Assembly (NCBI GenBank): GCA_037381445.1
Contig: JARRQT010000083.1
Location: 1-12,140, forward strand
Direction: 5' to 3'
Source: Calditrichia bacterium
GTDB taxonomy: Bacteria > Calditrichota > Calditrichia > RBG-13-44-9
DNA length: 12,140 nucleotides
The notes beneath the pieces are model-generated. The model did no database searches. It was not told where the DNA came from and worked only from the letters and a program-made list of their open reading frames with translations. The translations under genes were made by a program, and so were the position numbers. Positions 7,870 to 12,140 of the stretch are shown piece after piece. Position 1 is the first letter of the stretch. The number at the start of each line of letters is the position of its first letter.

Positions 7870-9963
7870 TCAGCCGACTTTCCCGTTAATCTCTCGCTGC
7901 CACAGCTTATCCGCAACCTTGAGGATGGCGGCTTTCAAATGACGGCGGTAGGTGCTGAAAGGCAGGCCCAGGGCTTCGGCAGCCTGTTCCTGACTGATGG
8001 CGGGATTGAGATAGGTGCGGTACAGAATTCTGTACAGCTTCTCATCGCGGGGGGAATCCTGCAGGGAATCGGTTGCCGACCGCACCGCCTCGATCAGGGA
8101 ATCCAACCGGTCCTGATCTTCAACATTTGAATTCGCCATGCCGGCAATCAGGCGGCTTCTCAGAAGCGGATTATTCTGCAGTCGGGACGGTTCGGTATAA
8201 TAGCGGAAGGCATCTTTTACCGCATTATCGAAATCCTCCCTGCGCAAAACCAGCAGCGGCTCAGCCGGCTCGGGCGCAATGGCGAGCGGGTCCGTTTCGA
8301 TCTCCCGCTCGGCCAGCAGATTAATCCAGGTCGACGGGGGAACAACCCGCCAATCATGTCCAAAAACGCCGTAGGAATTGTCACCGATTTTGTAGTCAGC
8401 TTCCGGTATCCGTTTCAGATCCGCATAAACCAGTATGGGTTCCCAGAAGTCGGGATCCGCGCAGGGGAAAAATGAATAGGCCAGCGAGGGAGTGGTGAAA
8501 TAATACTGAATGATGTTCACAAAGATCTGACTCTGAGTCGGGGAGACAGACTGATAAGTATTACTCGCCATCCAGAAGCGGAAGAACAGCGCCCGTTCTC
8601 CGGGCCGCAGGGGCGCTTTATCCTGAAGGTAATGTAGGATCGCCCGGGTGGCGGGATCGGCTTCCAGACCGGCCGTATTCGCCCTGGATAAATCCAGCAT
8701 GGTGATCAATCCGCAGGGAGCCTGGTCCGCGTTGCGCAAAATCCGCGATGTCCGCGGCTGTTTCTCATGCCAGAACCTGAACCAGCGGAATGATTCGGTG
8801 CCCTCATGCATAACGATCATCTTCTCCAGTGCCGGCCAGTCCCGTTCTTTTATCTCATCGGTCAGGATGGTGCCGCTTTCCTGCCAGTTAAAAAACGGGC
8901 GGACAATGGAATTGTCGCGGTGCAGAAAAATCAGGTCGAATAACAGGCGGCGCTGTTCTTCGCCCTGGCTTTCTTTAATTTTTTCCGAGAAATAAAGCCG
9001 CGCCCGGCGATGCAGCTCCTTGTACCAGTCCGGATTGCGCCATTTCAGATCGGTCACCAGTGCCTCCCGCGCCAGGTCGTGCGGGAAGATGCCCCGCCGG
9101 TTCGATTCAAAAAACGAGAGATTGCGCAGCCAGGCGAAGATTTCGTGCACATCTTCGAATCCCAGCAAATGGCCCAGCAGCGACTCGGTGACCGTTCCCA
9201 CCAGCGATGAGGCCTCCAGGGCGGTGCGATGGGCCGGGCCCGGCACCTTTTGGATGAACAGGGCCAGCAGGGTTTGAATCACGTTCGGCGCCTCTTCCGG
9301 TTCAAAACGCAGATCCGGCCGCTGATCGAAAAGATCGGAAATGAGCGACAGCGCCAGCGGATGCCCGTGGGAAAATTCCAAGATCCGCCGGTAATTTTCC
9401 ATGGGCACTTTTCGTTCCGACAGGTACGCCCGGCTCTCCTCTTCCGAGAAATTTTTCAGTTTTATGATTTTTATCATGTCCTGCCAGCCCGGATCCGCAT
9501 TCCAGCCGGGAGAAGCTGATAGATGACTGCCCAAAACCACCAGGATATTTTCCGATAACTGGGGAAGAAAACTCTCCCGCAGCCACCGGTCCAGCGGGGA
9601 AAGCAGTTCAAAAATATCAATGAACAGGACATGGCGCCGGGGTGCGGCGGAAAGGCGGGTCAGCGGGGATTCCTCATCCGGACACCGCATCGCGTTCCCC
9701 ATGCAGTTCAGAAAAGCATCCGTGGAAGGCTCAATATTGCGGCCGTCGATATAAACCGGGACCGCTTCGGCAAGCTGGCAGATGTCCATAAATTCCCTGA
9801 AGAGCTGCGTTTTTCCGATTCCGCCCGCGCCGTAAACATAGAGCACATGAAACGGGAGCTGCGGCGCGGAAACGGCTTCCAGAAAAAGCGTCTTCTCGGG
9901 CAGACGGCCAATAAAACGCCGCCGGCGTTCCAGATGAATCCGATCGGCAAGACGTGTCGGCAT
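7870..9963 (-). CDS. STAND-class P-loop ATPase with C-terminal HTH; putative transcriptional regulator
   Basis: 697 aa. It has FIGR..E, Walker A GAGGIGKT, Walker B VLFIDIFE, the STAND GxP motif GHPLAL, PHDLARE, and a C-terminal HTH-like segment SQEQAAEALGLPFSTYRRHL. Confidence 0.88.
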   Translation of the reverse strand: MPTRLADRIHLERRRRFIGRLPEKTLFLEAVSAPQLPFHVLYVYGAGGIGKTQLFREFMDICQLAEAVPVYIDGRNIEPSTDAFLNCMGNAMRCPDEESPLTRLSAAPRRHVLFIDIFELLSPLDRWLRESFLPQLSENILVVLGSHLSASPGWNADPGWQDMIKIIKLKNFSEEESRAYLSERKVPMENYRRILEFSHGHPLALSLISDLFDQRPDLRFEPEEAPNVIQTLLALFIQKVPGPAHRTALEASSLVGTVTESLLGHLLGFEDVHEIFAWLRNLSFFESNRRGIFPHDLAREALVTDLKWRNPDWYKELHRRARLYFSEKIKESQGEEQRRLLFDLIFLHRDNSIVRPFFNWQESGTILTDEIKERDWPALEKMIVMHEGTESFRWFRFWHEKQPRTSRILRNADQAPCGLITMLDLSRANTAGLEADPATRAILHYLQDKAPLRPGERALFFRFWMASNTYQSVSPTQSQIFVNIIQYYFTTPSLAYSFFPCADPDFWEPILVYADLKRIPEADYKIGDNSYGVFGHDWRVVPPSTWINLLAEREIETDPLAIAPEPAEPLLVLRREDFDNAVKDAFRYYTEPSRLQNNPLLRSRLIAGMANSNVEDQDRLDSLIEAVRSATDSLQDSPRDEKLYRILYRTYLNPAISQEQAAEALGLPFSTYRRHLKAAILKVADKLWQREINGKVG

Positions 9964-10668
9964 TTTTATGCCTTATTTATATTAAAATGATATGATCAGG
10001 TAAATCTATTCAATTATCTGAAAACAATAAATTCTGTTCGCTTCCATAATTCGGACACTGAAAGTATAACATTTTTCCCATCGAGTCAAGTGTAATCGGT
10101 GGGGTACAGATACCGCCGCAGAATTTTTGCAGGTTGATATACAATTTCGATGAGACTTCTCACACGGACCTCCCCAGTCATCTCAGATCTGCTTTCTGAC
10201 ATCGTGAAAATCCCGAAATTACATCCGTAGGTTACTTCCCATTGCCGGCAAAGTTCCGCCCAGCGAGCGTTTATTTTCTGGATGAGAACAGAAGTCTTCA
10301 ATTTTCAGCCATCCGCCGGAACAATAATTTGGATTATGATAAAACATTTTCCCCATTAGCCTGCTTTTTGGAATTGGCCCGGGATGGCTGATATATTTTC
10401 TGCCCTCTGCTGAAGGCAATTGAAATTAATTTGAAAACGGCCCAATTCTTCCTGTAACGCTGAAGATAAAAAGGCCTTGATTATATCGTCACGGAAAAAT
10501 AAATTACCAAAAGCATCAGGGGCTGGATGCAGCAAAACTCACAGAATATTATGTCAGCATATATTTAAGATATAAACAATGGTGTTTATTCCATCAGCTT
10601 GCCGGGATAAGAACAATGTATATAGACAACTTTAGCCCACATTAGAAAAAACGACACGAAAGGGATAA

Positions 10669-11586
10669 ATGGCACTTTTTAAAATAGAAAATGACGAACG
10701 ACTTGAAATTATAAAGGAACATCCTTTCAAACTCGAAAAAGACATTCAATCGCTGACTGAAAAAAATCTGAAATCTATTTTCGGACTTGACTTCGTGAAG
10801 TCAGAATTTGGCCTGAATAGCTTTCGTATTGACACTTTGGCATTCGACAAAGACGCTCGAACTTTTGTAATAATAGAGTACAAACGAGACAAGAATTTCA
10901 GTGTAATTGACCAAGGTTATGCATATTTATCCCTAATGCTAAATAACAAAGCCGACTTTATTCTCGAACACAATGAAAACTCAAAAGTGACATTAAAACG
11001 AAATGATGTTGATTGGTCGCAATCAAGAGTGATTTTCATATCCCCTTCGTTTACAACTTACCAGAAAGAGGCGATAAATTTCAAAGACTTGCCAATTGAA
11101 CTTTGGGAAATAAAACGCTATGACAATCAGACAGTCAATTACAATCAAATTAGGACTTCAGGAGCTCAGGAAAGCGTAAAAACTATCAGCCGACAAGATG
11201 AAGCGATTGAAAAAGTGACTAAAGAAATAAAGGTTTATACAGAAGATGAACATTTAGAAAAAGGAACAGAAGAAACGAAGGAACTTTATGATACCTTAAA
11301 AAGTGCCATTCTAAATCTTGATGAATTAGAAGTTAAACCAAAGAAAAAATACATTGCTTTTGTTTCAGGCTCAAATGTTGTAGACATTCATATACAAAAA
11401 AACGCTTTGAAAATATGGTTGAATTTACAGCAAGGCAACCTTGACGACCCAAAAGAAATTACGAGAGACGTTTCTTCGGTCGGACATTGGGGAAATGGCG
11501 ACTATGAAATTGTAATGCGAACTGACGAAGAATTAGAATACATTCTAAGCCTGATAAAGCAATCATTGAAAAAGAATAAAAAATAA
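10669..11586 (+). CDS. PD-(D/E)xK nuclease-like (NucS/DUF91-like) N-terminal domain fused to a DUF5655-like C-terminal domain
   Basis: 305 aa. It has nuclease-type motifs E..IQ...SEF...RIDTL...VIIEYKR...Q...Y and a C-terminal KPKKKYIAF...RDVSSVGHWGNGDYE segment. It is visibly more AT-rich than its neighbours. Confidence 0.82.
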   Translation: MALFKIENDERLEIIKEHPFKLEKDIQSLTEKNLKSIFGLDFVKSEFGLNSFRIDTLAFDKDARTFVIIEYKRDKNFSVIDQGYAYLSLMLNNKADFILEHNENSKVTLKRNDVDWSQSRVIFISPSFTTYQKEAINFKDLPIELWEIKRYDNQTVNYNQIRTSGAQESVKTISRQDEAIEKVTKEIKVYTEDEHLEKGTEETKELYDTLKSAILNLDELEVKPKKKYIAFVSGSNVVDIHIQKNALKIWLNLQQGNLDDPKEITRDVSSVGHWGNGDYEIVMRTDEELEYILSLIKQSLKKNKK

Positions 11587-11590
11587 GGCG

Positions 11591-11720
11591 GGCTAACAAT
11601 GGGCATAAAACATAGTCCAGACAGTGGTTTCCGCAAGTTTCGGGTTTTTATCGAACTTAGTTCTGGCGGACAAGAATACAGCTCCCAAATGCCCAGCGCT
11701 TCATGCACAGATCGCTAGCC
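11591..11720 (+). mobile_element. Degenerate attC-like recombination site (130 bp)
   Basis: R''-like GGCTAAC (11591-11597) lies 4 nt after the stop codon. L''-like GCATAAA (11603-11609) pairs with TTCATGC (11700-11706). R'-like GCTAGCC (11714-11720) is one mismatch from GTTAGCC. Confidence 0.6.
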
Positions 11721-11830
11721 GCAGGCAAAACAACAATTCTTACGAGACAAATTGTTCTGAACAAAATTATTGATGTGCAATCAGCACGTGGATTTGTAAT
11801 GGACAGAATCACCATTCATCAGGAATCAAA

Positions 11831-12140
11831 ATGAAAAATATAAGACAGGACCGTGAACTGCCGGAATCCGTTGAAAAACGGGGCTGGAAATATCATCATT
11901 TGGGCATTCCCACAAACCGGGTAATGCCGGGTGAGCGGTATCTGCCCCACCTTAAAATTTACGTCTCGGGATTCAGCACCAGTCCCTTCGGGATTGAATG
12001 GATGCGATTCGACGATGACTGTCCGATACCGGAACTGATAAAAACGGTCCCCCATATCGCATTTGAAGTTGATGATATCGACAAGGTGCTGAAAGAACAC
12101 GATTTTGAAATTATTTCCGAGCCAGGGATTCCCTCCGAAG
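11831..12140 (+). CDS. VOC/glyoxalase-like family protein, 3'-truncated; not in the ORF track
   Basis: Manual translation gives MKNIRQDRELPESVEKRGWKYHHLGIPT...PFGIEWMRF...VPHIAFEVDDIDKVLKEHDFEIISEPGIPSE. HHLGI and HIAFEVDD are VOC-type motifs. There is an AGGA RBS at 11821 and the frame is open to the window end. Confidence 0.8.
   Translation, partial: MKNIRQDRELPESVEKRGWKYHHLGIPTNRVMPGERYLPHLKIYVSGFSTSPFGIEWMRFDDDCPIPELIKTVPHIAFEVDDIDKVLKEHDFEIISEPGIPSE

Noticed and set aside
7870..9963. Avs-type antiviral STAND
   Set aside because: There is no N-terminal effector or long TPR sensor. The C-terminal HTH and gene context favour a transcriptional regulator.
10250..10293. Partial similarity to 4770-4815 (TTCCGCCCAGC...ATGAGAA)
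   Set aside because: Only an 11-bp exact core with gapped flanks, which is compatible with chance.
10086..10419. Two short minus-strand ORFs (71 and 66 aa) upstream of the ATPase
   Set aside because: They have non-ATG starts, no clear RBS, overlap each other and show no recognisable motifs.
11819..12100. 93-aa minus-strand ORF
   Set aside because: It is antisense to the VOC-like gene starting at 11831.
1..12140. CRISPR array, tRNA/rRNA, transposase or integrase genes
   Set aside because: I saw no regularly spaced repeats, RNA gene signatures or recombinase motifs.

Overview
Bacterial window, probably from an FCB-group organism such as Calditrichota, KSB1 or Ignavibacteria. This is inferred only from the protein styles. 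It has three parts. (1) 1-4347: two tandem paralogous secreted proteins with C-terminal T9SS-like/FlgD-Ig sorting domains. Their last ~320 bp are ~96% identical, while the sequence upstream is much more diverged. (2) 4429-9963, minus strand: a STAND-class ATPase with a C-terminal HTH. It is followed by a sigma70-like promoter carrying helically phased TGA(A/G)CA direct repeats, then a putative operon of small proteins: two SnoaL-like proteins, several unannotated small ORFs, a single-CXXCH cytochrome c, a beta-barrel-like protein and a dimeric alpha-beta-barrel protein, with stem-loops between genes. This is the best candidate for an undescribed regulated system. (3) 10632-12140: an AT-rich PD-(D/E)xK nuclease/DUF5655-like gene bounded by a degenerate attC-like site, resembling an orphan integron cassette, and then a partial VOC/glyoxalase-like gene missing from the ORF track. 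All family assignments come from motif recognition, not database searches.
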